Below the pieces are notes generated by a model that made no database searches, was not told the origin of the DNA, and saw nothing but the letters and a program-made list of their open reading frames with translations. From Eledone cirrhosa (taxonomy: Eukaryota), in the NCBI GenBank assembly GCA_964016885.1, contig OZ024745.1, forward strand, positions 94,178,001 to 94,242,000: a DNA stretch of 64,000 nt, in the 5' to 3' direction. This document shows positions 12,812 through 25,490 of the stretch, piece by piece (within the stretch, counting starts at the first letter, position 1; the number at the start of each line of letters is the position of its first letter). The translations under genes and the position numbers were made by a program.

Positions 12812-13299
12812 TATACGTAAATAAGACTGTTATTGCTCCAATCAGTCCACAAACACCCTAAACCAAAAGTCACTGAACTCATGAATCCTGGCAAACCAAA
12901 CGCGGACCACTCACCTTCTTAACCTCGGCATACGTAACCAGACAGCAACATCCACCAAATGTGGAAGACAGACGTTATCAAGCTGCAGCTGTCATATTAC
13001 GTAGTTTCTATATAACAGAGCCACTATATAATCATTATTCAATTTCAAGGGAGATAACCAAATAGAGAAAACACTAAAAATTAGACTAATAGTTGGTGAC
13101 AATTTGCAAATAACAGACTTGTGTTGAAAGGAATGAGAATTACGTGAATTAAAACACATGCTTTTTATGCAAATGTCATACATTTTATAACCACCATAAC
13201 GCATGCGCTGTGCTACGCTTGCACCCCCCCACACTTACACACGCATATATCTATAGATATACATATAAAGTCACATCCACATACTATATACATACACAT

Positions 13300-13331
<32 letters not shown>

Positions 13332-13360
13332 TTATATATTATATATATATATGTATATAT

Positions 13361-13532
13361 AACAAAGAGGGTGTGGTCATATACCAGGTAGACCATAACG
13401 CACCAGAGTACTCGATACTTGGGGTAGTAGAGTGGGTAATATGAAAAGATTCAGGACCCCGACGGCTGAGCTCTGGGGTCCTGAATCTGTTCATATTACC
13501 CACTCTATTACCCCAAGTATCGAGTACTCTGG
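13361..13532. repeat. ~130-bp palindrome embedded in (TA)n
   Basis: ccagagtactcgatacttggggtagtagagtgggtaatatgaa..ttcaggacccc | ggggtcctgaa..ttcatattacccactct..ccccaagtatcgagtactctgg. Confidence 0.9.
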
Positions 13533-13574
13533 ATATATATATAGATGGAGAGAGCGAGAGTGAGAGAGAGAGAG

Positions 13575-15998
13575 CGGTAGAACACTGGAAGATAATATCC
13601 GTAGTGGTAGAGCACCCAGTCCATGGGACGAGTTAGGTAGAAGTGGTAACACAACAGTTAGTTTCCCATACCGAGAACAATTGTTTCACCTTAGCGGATC
13701 TTCAGCTTGAACTGGTCATAGTTATACGGAACAGGAAGAATAACCTCATGAACGTTCATCAATACATAGTCCACAAGACAGATTGCCGCTTGCGTATGGC
13801 TTGGACTCAGCGATGGCTTTCCATTGAATGGAGTAGTCTATACTTGAGTCCTTGAGGGACCATATGTGGCTCGCGAGCTTCGTGGATGATCGTTTGTCCG
13901 GGTACCTAAAGGTCGATTGATGGTTCAGGAAGCGTTCCTTAAATAGCTCCTCCGCCATACCCACATAGGATTTGACCTCCTGAGGTTGATTTGGTCGGTT
14001 GGAAGTGACCACAGCTTCATAAAGTACAGCTGGTGTGTTGTATTGCTGTTCAAGGGGACAAGCTTCAGGCTTTCGGCAAGAGCATCCTGGTGGGGTGCTG
14101 CTCTATATACGTCTCCGGTTAGCAGATTCTTTTTACCACGTGGAAGTTTGGCTTTTAGCAGATTCTTCACCGCGTGAGTGTTTGGCTTTCTACCCTGTGA
14201 ACGCTCTCTATATCCTTGTGTCCTACACAACTTTGTGTCTCATCAACGTCAGAATGGATTTATACAAACTGGAGTACTCCCTCCAACCATGTTTACCAAA
14301 AGCTTCTAGAAAAAGCGGAAGATGTCAGACGCTTAAGATGGCGAGCCCTAGCTTTTGACAGCAAAATTACAGGCACCAGTAACACCTTCAACCTGAGGTA
14401 ACCTAAGGTAACTGAACTCGCTCCTTTCAAAGCGGACCTTCTTGACTCAGTCGCTAACATTCCCTTTCGCAAACACTCTAACACCTTCCAAACTAAACTT
14501 AGAAATGATATTAAGAAATTTAGGTCTTCCAATAACACTTTCGTTCTTTCTGACAAAACCAATAATGTTTACGAAGTCGACAACACTACTTACAGCCACT
14601 TGGCCCATAACGCTATTACCTCTAAATATAGGAAGGCTAACTCTATGGCCTACCACGACATCAATACAGAAGCTAAGACCTTGCTGCTGCCCTTAAGCTA
14701 GATAAGAAGCTACAATGCTTAGCTAAGCGTGAGGCGTTCCTCACTCTGAAGGATCACAAATTAGACTTTACTTCTAATCCCACGTGTAGACTAATAAACC
14801 CAGCACGCACGGATAAGGGACTAGTCAGTAAGGCTATACTTAGAAACATAGTTAAGATCATTAGGACCAAGTCCAACTTGTCCCAGTGGGAGAACAGCGA
14901 CTCCGTCATTAAGTGGTTTAACTCCCTCAAATCCAAAAAAGCGAAGTTCACGCAATTCGACATTGTAGATTTTTACCCATCGATCTCAGAGACCCTGTTA
15001 AACAAAGCGTTGGACTTTGCTACCATTTACTTACACTACTGTCCATGTTTTAGACAGGGAAATCATCGCTCACTGCCGGAAAACCCTCCTCTTCAACAAC
15101 AGAGTAGCCTGGGCAAAGAAGTCAACCACTTCAGAATTATTCGACGTCTCCATGGGATCGTTTGACAATGCTGGCGTATGCAATTTGGTTGGCCTATTTA
15201 TTTTAGACATATTACGTGTTAGATTCCCGGACTTCCACACGGGAATATACCGCGACGAGGGCCTGACCTTATCGAGCCATAAAAGTGGTCACGACCTGGA
15301 CCGGTTTAAAAAAGACTTAACTTCTACCTTTAATGAGTTAGGACTTAGGATAACAGTAGCTACCAACCTCTCTAGCGTAGATTTCTTAGACATTAATTTA
15401 GACCTTCGCACACATACCTTCAGACCCTTCCATAAGCTTAACGAACAACTTAATTACATTCACAAGGACTCATGCCACCCTCCCACTGTTTTTAGAAACA
15501 TCGTAAATAATATCAGTACTAGAATCTCTAACCTCTCCTCTAATAAGGCTATCTTTGACAGAGAGGCACCCTACTATAACACGGCGTTAGCTAACAGCAG
15601 CTTCTCGCAACCAATCACTTACTCTCCCACTAACAACAACCGCAATAAGAAAAGAAATCGTAACAATAGACAAACTATCTGGTTCTCTCCTCCCTTCTCA
15701 CTCAACGTTAAAACTAATGTCGCAAAACATTTTTTAGCCATCTTAGATAGACACTTTCCCATAGCTCACAAATACCGCTCCATCTTTAACTGACACAGAG
15801 TAAAACTAGGGTACTCCTGCGCTAAGAATGTGAAGGCCCATATCACCAACAGCCCTAAGGGCAGCACCCCACCAGGGTGCTCTTGCCGAAAGCCTGAAGC
15901 TTGTCCCCTTCAACAGCAATACAACACACCCACTGTAGTGTATGAAGCTGTGGTCACTTCCAACCGACCAAATCAACCACAGATCAAATCCTATGTGG
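13575..15998 (+). mobile_element. Penelope-like element 1 (decayed), with an inverted 3' copy upstream
   Basis: Plus strand 14160-15998: RRLRWRAL, QFDIVDFYPSI, GIYRDEGL, VDFLDINLDL, IWFSPPF, CSCRKPEACPL, VVYE..SYVG. Minus strand ~14103-13575 repeats the linker and completes the GIY-YIG domain (YVG..FKERFLNH..CGLC). Confidence 0.92.
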
Positions 15999-16266
15999 GT
16001 ACACGTACATACATATATGTATATAGACGTACAGTAGTATGTATATATATATACATACATGCACACATATATATATATATGTACGTATGTATTCACCGAA
16101 CATTTATTATAATGCTCGATATGCAAATTAACCCACTCGATATGCAAATTATAATTATTATAATGCTCGATATGCAAATTAACCCACTCGATATGCAAAT
16201 TGGGCTACTCAGCCGTTAATATGCATAAGGTAAGTATATACGTTCAACAATCTGGCAGGAAGGTAT

Positions 16267-16309
16267 ACGTTGCTGACGATAGCTAATAAGCTTGAAACTA
16301 GTACAGCGT
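16267..16309 (+). ncRNA. Minimal type I hammerhead ribozyme (copy 1)
   Basis: acgttg-CTGACGA-t agct aata agct t-GAAA-ctagTA^cagcgt: 6-bp stem I, 4-bp stem II, palindromic ACTAGT stem III, GUA cleavage triplet. Confidence 0.7.
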
Positions 16310-16685
16310 TCCTTTGTCAGTGTTGAACAAACGAGCAACGATGGTTGCTAGACACTACGGCTTAATATGGGATGTTTGTTTACAAACACACCGGGCATTA
16401 TAATAAATGTTCGGTGAATCCATACGTAGATATATATATGTGTGCATGTATGTATATATATATACATACTACTGTACGTCTGTATACATATATGTATGTA
16501 CGTGTACATACTTATATTTAAGTAACAGCCGTACTAAGAGTGGGAAATGAAATTTCGTTTCATTTTTCCGTTTATCGTTTTCGGTGCACCCGGCCGATTA
16601 ACCCACTCGATATGCAAATTGGGCTACTCAGCTGTTAATATGCATAAGGTAAGTATATACGTTCACAAATCTGGCAGGAAGGTAT

Positions 16686-16728
16686 ACGTTGCTGACGATA
16701 GTTAATAAGCTTGAAACTAGTACAGCAT
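16686..16728 (+). ncRNA. Minimal type I hammerhead ribozyme (copy 2)
   Basis: acgttg-CTGACGA-tagttaataagctt-GAAA-ctagTA^cagcat. Confidence 0.65.
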
Positions 16729-16986
16729 TCCTTTGTCAGTGTTGAACAAACGAGCAACGGTGGTTGCTGGACACTACGGCTTAATACGGGATGTTTGTTT
16801 ACAAACACACCGAACATTATAATAAATGTTCGGTGAATCCATACGTACATATATATATGTGTGCATGTATGTATATATATATATATACATACTACTGTAC
16901 GTCTGTATACATATATGTATGTACGCGTACATATATATATATATATATATATTACTGTACGTCTGTATACATATATGTATGTACGC

Positions 16987-17036
<50 letters not shown>

Positions 17037-17074
17037 TTATATATATATATATATATATATAAATGTATATACAT

Positions 17075-17290
17075 AATTTCAGTTCCTTTAAGGACTAACA
17101 ACACACCCAGGAGCTGGACATATCGATGAATTAACATCATATTTTCCTGTTTTTGCTGCCTAAATTCTTTTCTTTCTGCCTGATGAGGTCACAGCCAATA
17201 ATGGCTGTCACTGAAATATATATATAGCTGCGAACTGGAATAAACGAAGCCAACTTTAACATGTTAGCGGATCTTCAACTCATACTGGTC
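17075..17290 (+). mobile_element. Short PLE-tail-like element in (TA)n with hammerhead-like motif
   Basis: ctgc-CTGATGA-ggtcacagcc aataat ggctgtcact-GAAA-tatatatata then AATAAA; (TA)n on both sides; homologous to 3853-4040. Confidence 0.6.
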
Positions 17291-17291
17291 A

Positions 17292-17355
<64 letters not shown>

Positions 17356-18494
17356 TCCGATGGCCTTCTGCTGCAGTTTCCGACTACCCAATATAACTGA
17401 AGGTGAACTACATGAGTGACACCGGCTATCATAACCAGGTATCGTAACCAGGCCCTCGCGATTGTAAAGAGCAGTGCCATGCAGTGTCCGATATATACAC
17501 CCTCCTCCCCACACAGAGACGCACGCACACGTGTGAGTAATATACATACTTGTTGCATCGTATTCTTGCCAGATATCTGTTTATTTTCCTCGTTTGTTTT
17601 ATAGTTTCGTTCTTCTTACTCTTAAATTTCGTTTCCTTGTTCTATTTGCTGTTCGGGATGTTTGTTTCAATCAGTCTTAGATTTCTTATAGATAAATCTA
17701 ATTCCGCTTGATATACTTCAAATTTTCTGCTTCTATTTCTATTTGTTTACAGCGTAGAAACGCTACAAATATATAATAATATTTTCCTGTGCTATTCTCA
17801 TCTAGCCAAATCTGCAGTTCCGTCCAAAATATTCAAGGTTTCTTTTTTTCTTTCATTTTTATTAATTTTAAAAATATTTTGGTGAATCACCAATTTTTTC
17901 CCTTCTCTGTATTGTGCTTCTGTATAAAGAGCTTTTATAATCATTTTAACTATTTTTATTCAATTTTGTAATATAAAGTGTAGTAGTTTTATTGATGTTT
18001 CTACACGTTATTGTGGAATTCGTGAGCATTCTTAGTTCTTTTGTGTAATAAGTAGTTTTGATTTTCTTATTCATACCTTTATGTTGTCTATATTGACATC
18101 CAGTAAGTTGAAAAGAATATCGGACAGAATGATTCACGGTATGTTTTTCAGCTCTATGAGTTCAAATCCCTCCGAACTCAACTTTGCCTGTCATCCTTTT
18201 GTGGTCGATAAATGAAATATCAGTCCTGTACCCCTCTCTCTCTTTCTCACTTTCTAGCTAGTTAGGAAGTTGTAAAACATATAAGAAATTCAGCATATAA
18301 TAACTGCATATATACACGTATAGATACAGAAAGATATGTACGAGTGCACACATAGCTCAAAACATACAGATTCACATATGCAATAATACTCATAACTGTA
18401 CACAAACACATACAGGCATACATACGTATTTACCAAGTTGATGTTATCTAAATTCCAATGAAAGAATCTTGTTAGAAACCAACCCTCTTTCTTC

Positions 18495-19410
18495 ACTGGG
18501 AATCTGAAGCGAAGTTCTTACGGCTTGTCATCAATAGCTTCCTTGTTATATAATCAATTGCAATTTTGAAGAGATAAAGCACCAGAGTATAATCCTGTAA
18601 TATGCCTGCAAAAATATTGTAAAGGTCTGTTTCACTATCCGGGATAGTGCAACAAGGTTATTACATTCACAAGTTGCTTCGTTATTCCATAAACACAAAA
18701 GGTTTTCATCATCATATTTATGTGAATGCTGTCGAAGGCTTTCTTGAAATGACAAAGAGTTATATAGCTTTTAAATAGTTTGTTTTAATTCCTTAGATGT
18801 TTCTTTTGGCGCACAAAAATTAGAAGAAAGAGAAGGAAACTGAGAAAGTTGGTCTCTTCATCAATGCAAAGAAAACAGGGCTTATGTAATTAGATTATGC
18901 ACGCAGTTATGTTAAACTAAACTTTTGGACAGCAACTAAAGGTTGTTGAAATATTCAAATATCTTCGAGTTAGAATAATCAGTTCAGAAAAAAAGATATC
19001 AACAAAAACGCAATCACGTGAAGAGTATATAATGAATTATCGAAGATCTGGAAGTCATCTCTGAAGAAGAGTATTAAGATCAAACTCTTTTAAACCACCA
19101 GTTGAATCAGTCTTGTATGGACACTCATATAGAAACTTGAAAATTGGCTGGATCTGATGTACTCTCAATCTTTACCCGGAAGAGCCACTACACCGCCAAT
19201 ACAGAATTTTATGATGGTCTGCAAAAATTAACCGAAAAGATTACGCAGTGAAGATTATAATTGGTACGTCACTTTGTCAGACAAACTGAAACAATTTCCT
19301 GAAATCCTGGGCTAAGGCAGTCATCACAGGCGGATTAATAATAGGAGACAACACATAAACTTCATTGACATACTTCAAAAAGACACCAGACTGAAAGCTA
19401 TATCAGAAAT
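18495..19410. mobile_element. Decayed RTE-group LINE with inverted 5' part
   Basis: Minus strand ~18770-18495: FKKAFDSIH..YGI..AGILQDYTLVLYLF (RT). Plus strand from ~18825: EKVGLFINAKKT..FKYL..KIWKSSLKKSIKIKLF. Confidence 0.7.
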
Positions 19411-19858
19411 ACGAACAGTGATGAGGTTTTACTACAGCAACGTGCTTTCAACGCTCCAGTACGGGTACGAAACGTGGAGAATGAAGACCAGTCAAGAGAA
19501 CCAATTTGATGCTTTCCACACCAAATGCCTTCGCAAAATCTTTGGCATTACGTGGAATAACTTCGTCACCAGAGTCCATCAACGAACCCACCAACGTCTA
19601 CAAGCGTCAACTTGACTGGTTGGGACACGTCACACGACTCCCAAGCGAGAGACATGCTAATCAGGTCCTGTATTTGTATATTCATGGAAAGAGGCGAAGA
19701 GGACGCCCTAAGATGAAGTGGTGGCAGACAATCACCAGCGACACGAAACTCGTCAACAAACGTTGGACGATGTATTGATGGATGCAACTGACCGTGGTCA
19801 TTAGAGCATTATGGCTGCCTCGTGCGTGTCAAGACGAGGGATCTTCTAAGTCTAAGTA
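19411..19858 (+). mobile_element. RTE-clade LINE 3' fragment
   Basis: SNVLSTLQYGYETW..CLRKIFGITW..WLGHVTR..GKRRRGRPK; CTAAGT-repeat tail. Confidence 0.85.
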
Positions 19859-20175
19859 AACAGTGATGATAGTACGAAGTATTTTCTATGGGTATGTCTC
19901 TCCTTGGTTCAATTGGAAGATCAGTTGACATGAACTGAGATAAATGTAAGTAAAGTGTATATAAGAGGCTCAATTTGAACGCGTTTGGTTGGTGGAAAGA
20001 TGAAGAAAGCAACGATGATAAACAAAAGTAAAATATTGAATTATTTTCTGCGTATCAAACTGTAGAGAGGTAATGTTAATAAATATTATTGTATCAGAAT
20101 GATAAAGATGGACTAAAAGATATGAAATAATTTCTCGGCCGTTGGAAAACAGTACATTTCATTTTAATCACTGAT

Positions 20176-20505
20176 TCTCTGGCACTCCGTCGGTTACGAT
20201 GACGAGTGTTCCAGTTGATTCGATTAACAGAACAGCCTTCTCGTGAAATTAAGATGCAAGTGGCTGAGCATTCTACAGACACGCGTACCTTTAACGTAGT
20301 TGTCAAGGAGATTCAGCGAGACACAGAATGTAACAAGGTACAACTCATTTTACACGTACAACTCATTTTTGCCAACTGAGTGGACTGGAAAAACGTGAAA
20401 TAAAGTGTCTTGCTCAAGGACACAACGCGTTGTCAGGAATCGAACTTACGACCTTACGATTGTGAGCTGAGGCTGAGTACTCCAACAACAAAGTTACGCA
20501 CCTAC
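20176..20505 (-). mobile_element. Second tRNA-derived SINE family
   Basis: aacgtgaaataaagtgtcttgctcaaggacacaacgc..ggaatcgaac (reverse-strand B-box GTTCGATTCC); a second copy lies at ~44190-44312. Confidence 0.75.
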
Positions 20506-20559
20506 ACACATTTCATATTAACCACTATGATCACAATGATATTTTATTACGGAAGAACA

Positions 20560-20778
20560 CGCAGACACAGACAAACAGACACACATACAGACAGACAGAC
20601 GCACACACACACACACGCACACACATGCACGCGCACACACACACAGACGCACAAACACATGCACACACACACACACACACGCACACACACACACACAGAC
20701 GCACTCACACGCACACGCACAGACACACACAGACAGACGCGCGCACACACACACAGACAGACGCATACACACACACGC

Positions 20779-20826
<48 letters not shown>

Positions 20827-20830
20827 ACAC
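20560..20830. repeat. Compound (CA)n/(GACA)n microsatellite
   Basis: Seen directly. Confidence 0.95.
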
Positions 20831-21414
20831 GTTATTTAGTTTTATATATGTATTGTTAGAAAATTCTTGACATGAATAGTGCTAAACTTTTCAGAAACAT
20901 TTCTTTATACCCCAAAAAGATAAATAAAGAAAATTGATAAATACATATCTGCGCAGAAAAAAGACAAGATTTAACGAAAGTTACTTAACTGTGTAAATAT
21001 ATAATAGACTGACAAATCTAAATATGTCTCTTTTTTTTTTACGTATTTCTCCGCCGACCGAAAAAAACAAAAGACTGAACGATTGAGTTTGTGTATCGAC
21101 GCCAGTATTTTTCTTCACAAACCATATATATTTCCTTCTGTCTGCAGAAATATATGTAGCGACTGATTTTATAAGTTCGTGAAATATGATATTATCAGTG
21201 AATTTGCATACTGGTTTTACTAACATTGGTAGCTAATTCAATTAGATAGCAAACTATGCACTAAACAACTGATAAATACATATCTCTACTGGATATTTTT
21301 AGTAGTTTAATAATTTGATTATTGAGACCAATCCTTCCAGTGTTATTGCGCTCGTATTGTCAAGAACTTTCCAAAAGATTTATGTTGCAAATAAATAAAA
21401 GTTGAGTTTTCCGA

Positions 21415-22885
21415 GTAACCAGATAAGTGTGTTGAGTAATATAGGATTAGATTAGGACACCAGATCAGTGTGTTGAGTAATATAGGATTAGATTAGGACA
21501 TCAGATAAGTGTGTTGAGTAATATAGGATTAGATTAGGACACCAGATCAGTGTGTTGAGTAATATAGGATTAGATTAGGACATCAGATGTGTTGAGTAAT
21601 ATAGGATTAGATTAGGACACCAGATCAGTGTGTTGAGTAATATAGGATTAGATTAGGACATCAGATAAGTGTGTTGAGTAATATAGGATTAGATTAGGAC
21701 ACCAGATCAGTGTGTTGAGTAATATAGGATTAGATTAGGACATCAGATGTATTGAGTAATATCGGATAATATTAGGACACCAGATCAGTATGTTGAGTAA
21801 TATCGGATTAGATTAGGACATCAGATGTGTTGAGTAATATCGGATAAGATTAGGACACCAGACCAGTGTGTTGAGTAATATCGGATTAGATTAGGACACC
21901 AGATCAGTGTGTTGAGTAATATTGGATTAGATTAGGACACCAGACCAGTGTGTTGAGTAATATCGGATTAGATTAGGACACCAGATCAGTGTGCTGAGTA
22001 ATATTGGATAAGGTTAGGACACCAGATCAGTGTGCTGAGTAATATTGGATAAGGTTAGGACACCAGATCAGTGTGTTGAGTAATATCGGATTAGATTAGG
22101 ACACCAGATCAGTGTGTTGAGTAATATTGGATAAGGTTAGGACACCAGACCAGTGTCTTGATAATATTGGATTAGATTAGGACAGCAGACCAGTGTCTTG
22201 AGTAATATCGCATTAGATTAGGACACCAGACCAGTGTGTTGAGTAATATTGGATTAGATTAGGACACCAGACCAGTGTGTTGAGTAATATTGGATTAGAT
22301 TAGGACACCAGATCAGTGTGCTGAGTAATATTGGATAAGGTAGGACACCAGATCAGTGTGCTGAGTAATATCGGATTAGATTAGGACACCAGACCAGTGT
22401 CTTGAGTAATATTGGATTAGATTAGGACAGCAGACCAGTGTCTTGAGTAATATTGGATAAGGTTAGGACAGCAGACCAGTGTCTTGAGTAATATTGGATT
22501 AGATTAGGACAGCAGACCAGTGTCTTGAGTAATATTGGATTAGATTAGGACAGCAGACCAGTGTCTTGAGTAATATTGGATTAGATTAGGACACCAGACC
22601 AGTGTCTTGAGTAATATTGGATTAGATTAGGACACCAGATCAGTGGGTTGAGTAATATCGGATTAGATTAGGACACCAGATCAGTGTCTTGAGTAATATC
22701 GGATTAGAATAGGACACCAGACCAGTGTATTGAGTAATATTGGATTAGATTAGGACACCAAATCAGTGTGCTGAGTAATATTGGATAAGGTTAGGACACC
22801 AGATCAGTGTGTTGAGTAATATTGGATTCGATTAGGACACCAGATCAGTGGGTTGAGTAATATTGGATTAGATTAGGACAAATAT
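21415..22885. repeat. 41-bp minisatellite, ~36 units
   Basis: Consensus gagtaatattggattagattaggacaccagatcagtgtgtt; occasional 37-bp variants; not a multiple of 3 and no long ORF. Confidence 0.97.
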
Positions 22886-24303
22886 CAGTTTTGGTCACAG
22901 TTGATTTATGTCAAATTACAATTTACGTCAGTTTATAGCTGTGCTTTTTTCAATGTTATTGTGTGCAACTAATTATTCTCGTTCATTATTGCAAGAATGC
23001 ATAATGATTTTTGTATGTCATTTACTTTAAACAAGATGAAAGGAGGAAATGAGGTTATCTGAAAATTAATGTCCTCTCACAATGAAACTTTCCAATCACA
23101 GAAATTAAGTAATCTTAAAAACAAATAATTTACTTTTCATTCCGAGAAATTGAGTTAAAAGAATGGTTCTAAGTTATTCAGTCGTCAATCAACAATGACA
23201 AGATTTTAATTTCCAAGAAGGTGCATCTCATTATGTAAGTCAAACTGCGATGTAAATTGACAATTGATAATCCGCTTGTAAGTTATTTTCCAATAATCTT
23301 TTATTGGAGTCTTACAGTTGAGACAACACCCATGTAGAATCAAAATATTAACATTAAGTCAATATCTCTAAAGAGATCAAAACATCATTTGACATACTAC
23401 GGCCAAATACAATTTTAATGTAAAGCTGAGGATCATTGCGAAATCGGAAAGCTTGCTTTGATTCAGCAGTAAAATGACATGTCCCGTAGAGCCTCTTTTT
23501 GCTTAGTAGGCTGACAAAGGATAGATAATCTGATATATGATACTATACACATTTGGGCCAGTTTAACGAAACTTGAATTCAACGACTATGTTGCTGCTAT
23601 CTTGGCTTAAAGATTGGGATTGGTGCACAAGAATCGTCGCTTTATATAACCCGCACAAAAGGAAATGAACATAAAGATGAGTTATAGTTTTTCTATAGAT
23701 CGATTATTGAGATTATGTACCTTTACATCTGATTTTAGTTTAGGGTGCTTATTTAGTCTGAAACACAACATCAAAATGATGTTCTGTCATTAGAAGAAAA
23801 GATGAAGAGTTAATAGAATATAAATATAACCATTAAAAAACTTTAAGAGACTGTACCAACAAAAAACAATTTAGCAAAACAATAACAAATCGCCATGAAG
23901 TATGTTAGTGTGCCGAGAGAAACATTCTGAAACTTTCGAGCAGAGCCACTTTTTGGAGAATGGGGGTTTATTTCGAAGAAGCACTTTGTGTCTAAACGTA
24001 AGATAATTCTTTATTATACCGTACATTAAGATTCCTTATGTTTTGCCTTTTACCTGAATGAAATGTATCTGAAAATCCAAGATATATGACTAAATGCGTA
24101 ACACCGAATTTTCTAGTTGCTTTATCTTTTAATTCAATGCTATTACAGGTATGTTAGTTTGGTTTTCCATAATTCGGTAGAAAACGTTTTTTTTATTTTT
24201 ATCCCAGTAAAAGAAGCTTTGTGTTTATGCATATGAACTGGCAAAGGTGTAACCTTTTAAGAATATGAAACAGGCAAATCAAAAGCTCACGGATTTGGTG
24301 ATG

Positions 24304-24339
<36 letters not shown>

Positions 24340-24416
24340 CGCCACCACACCGCCACCACCACCACCACCACCACCACCACCACCACCACCACCACCACTA
24401 CTACTACTACTACTAC
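24304..24416. repeat. (TAC)n(CAC)n(TAC)n microsatellite
   Basis: Seen directly; it supplies the spurious poly-Y/T start of ORF 24265-25224. Confidence 0.95.
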
Positions 24417-24496
24417 ATTTGTTTTCCGTTTTAAACGTTTTTGTACAAAATTATTCGTTTTTTCCTGTTTGTTGTGTGTGGTTTTCTTTAATACAT

Positions 24497-25490
24497 GTCA
24501 GGTATGGCGGCCTTGGCCTCCGGTCCCCGATCTCGCTGGCTTTACCGGCGTATCTTTCGTCGGTAACATCGTACCGCGTCCTCGTCAGCAGGATTCTTCA
24601 AAACACAATAGAACCCTCTTGTTCAGAGAACGTGAGGCCGCCTGTGAGACGTGGGACCGGCTGGGACTTAGCCCAGTAGACGTCCCTCCTCCTTCTCCCC
24701 CTGTTGACGTCAAGTCCCGCCAAAGCACTTGGGATGCCATCCAGTGTAGCCTGGCCTCAGACAGGCTCACGGGCCAGCTCGACCAGCACCGCCTTGCCTG
24801 CTTTCGTGCGGCCTCCAAACCACACAGTGGTGTCTGGCTCCACGCCCTGCCCTCCTTCTCCACTGGCACGCAGCTAGACAACAATAGCATGCGCATCGGC
24901 ATTTCCTTGAGGCTCGGCCTCCGGATCTGCGAGCCACACCAATGTCGCTGCGGATCCACCGTGGACTCTTTCGGCCTCCACCCGCTTTCCTGTCGCCACA
25001 GTGCCGGCCGCCTTCCACGCCATGCTGCCCTCAACGTGGTCATGAAGCATGGTTTGGACGCTGCGGGCTTCCCTTCTCAGCTCGAGCCGGTGGGGCTGGA
25101 CCGAGGGGACGGCAAAAGGCCAGATGGCATGACCATCTTCCCGTTCTACGGTGGCAAACCTCTCGTCTTGGATGCTACTTGCACCGACACTCTGCAGCCG
25201 CAACCTGGTGCAGTCTGCGACTAACCCAGATTCTGCTGCACGTCGGGCTGAGGAGGCCAAGCTCCTCAAATACCGGTCGCTCTCCGACAGGTTTGCGGTT
25301 GTACCCCTGGCAGTGGAGACTTCTGGTGTCCTCGGCCCCAGGGCTACCTCCCTACTCACTACAATAGGCGCTCAGCTGGCCAGCCGCAGGTGTGATCCCC
25401 GCGAGTTGGAGTGGCTTTTACAGCACGTCTCCCTTGCCGTCCTCCATGGGAACGCCTTCTCCATCCTGTCTGCCGGGGGGGGGGGGGGGG
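24497..25490 (+). mobile_element. 5'-truncated CRE-like non-LTR retrotransposon (RT C-terminus, zinc finger, restriction-like endonuclease)
   Basis: GGLGLR; SGVWLHALP; LRLG..CRCG..H.LSC..RH; GKRPDG..DAT (PD-D/ExK); KLLKY..F..VPLAVETSGVLG; frameshifted and GC-rich relative to flanks. Confidence 0.85.

Larger units (their letters stand above)
15999..16990 (+). mobile_element. Non-coding 419-bp tandem unit with hammerhead motifs and an inverted 3' fragment (retrozyme-like)
   Basis: 16181-16510 is repeated at 16600-16930 (period 419); 15999-16117 is the reverse complement of ~16392-16507. Confidence 0.75.

Noticed and set aside
17555-18110. K/E/Q-rich minus-strand exon ending at a GTATGT donor
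   Set aside because: It has several stops and no recognisable motif; it cannot be assigned.
24265-24496. Signal-peptide or mucin-like N-terminus of the 319-aa ORF
   Set aside because: It is microsatellite and T-rich flank read into the CRE-like fragment by chance.
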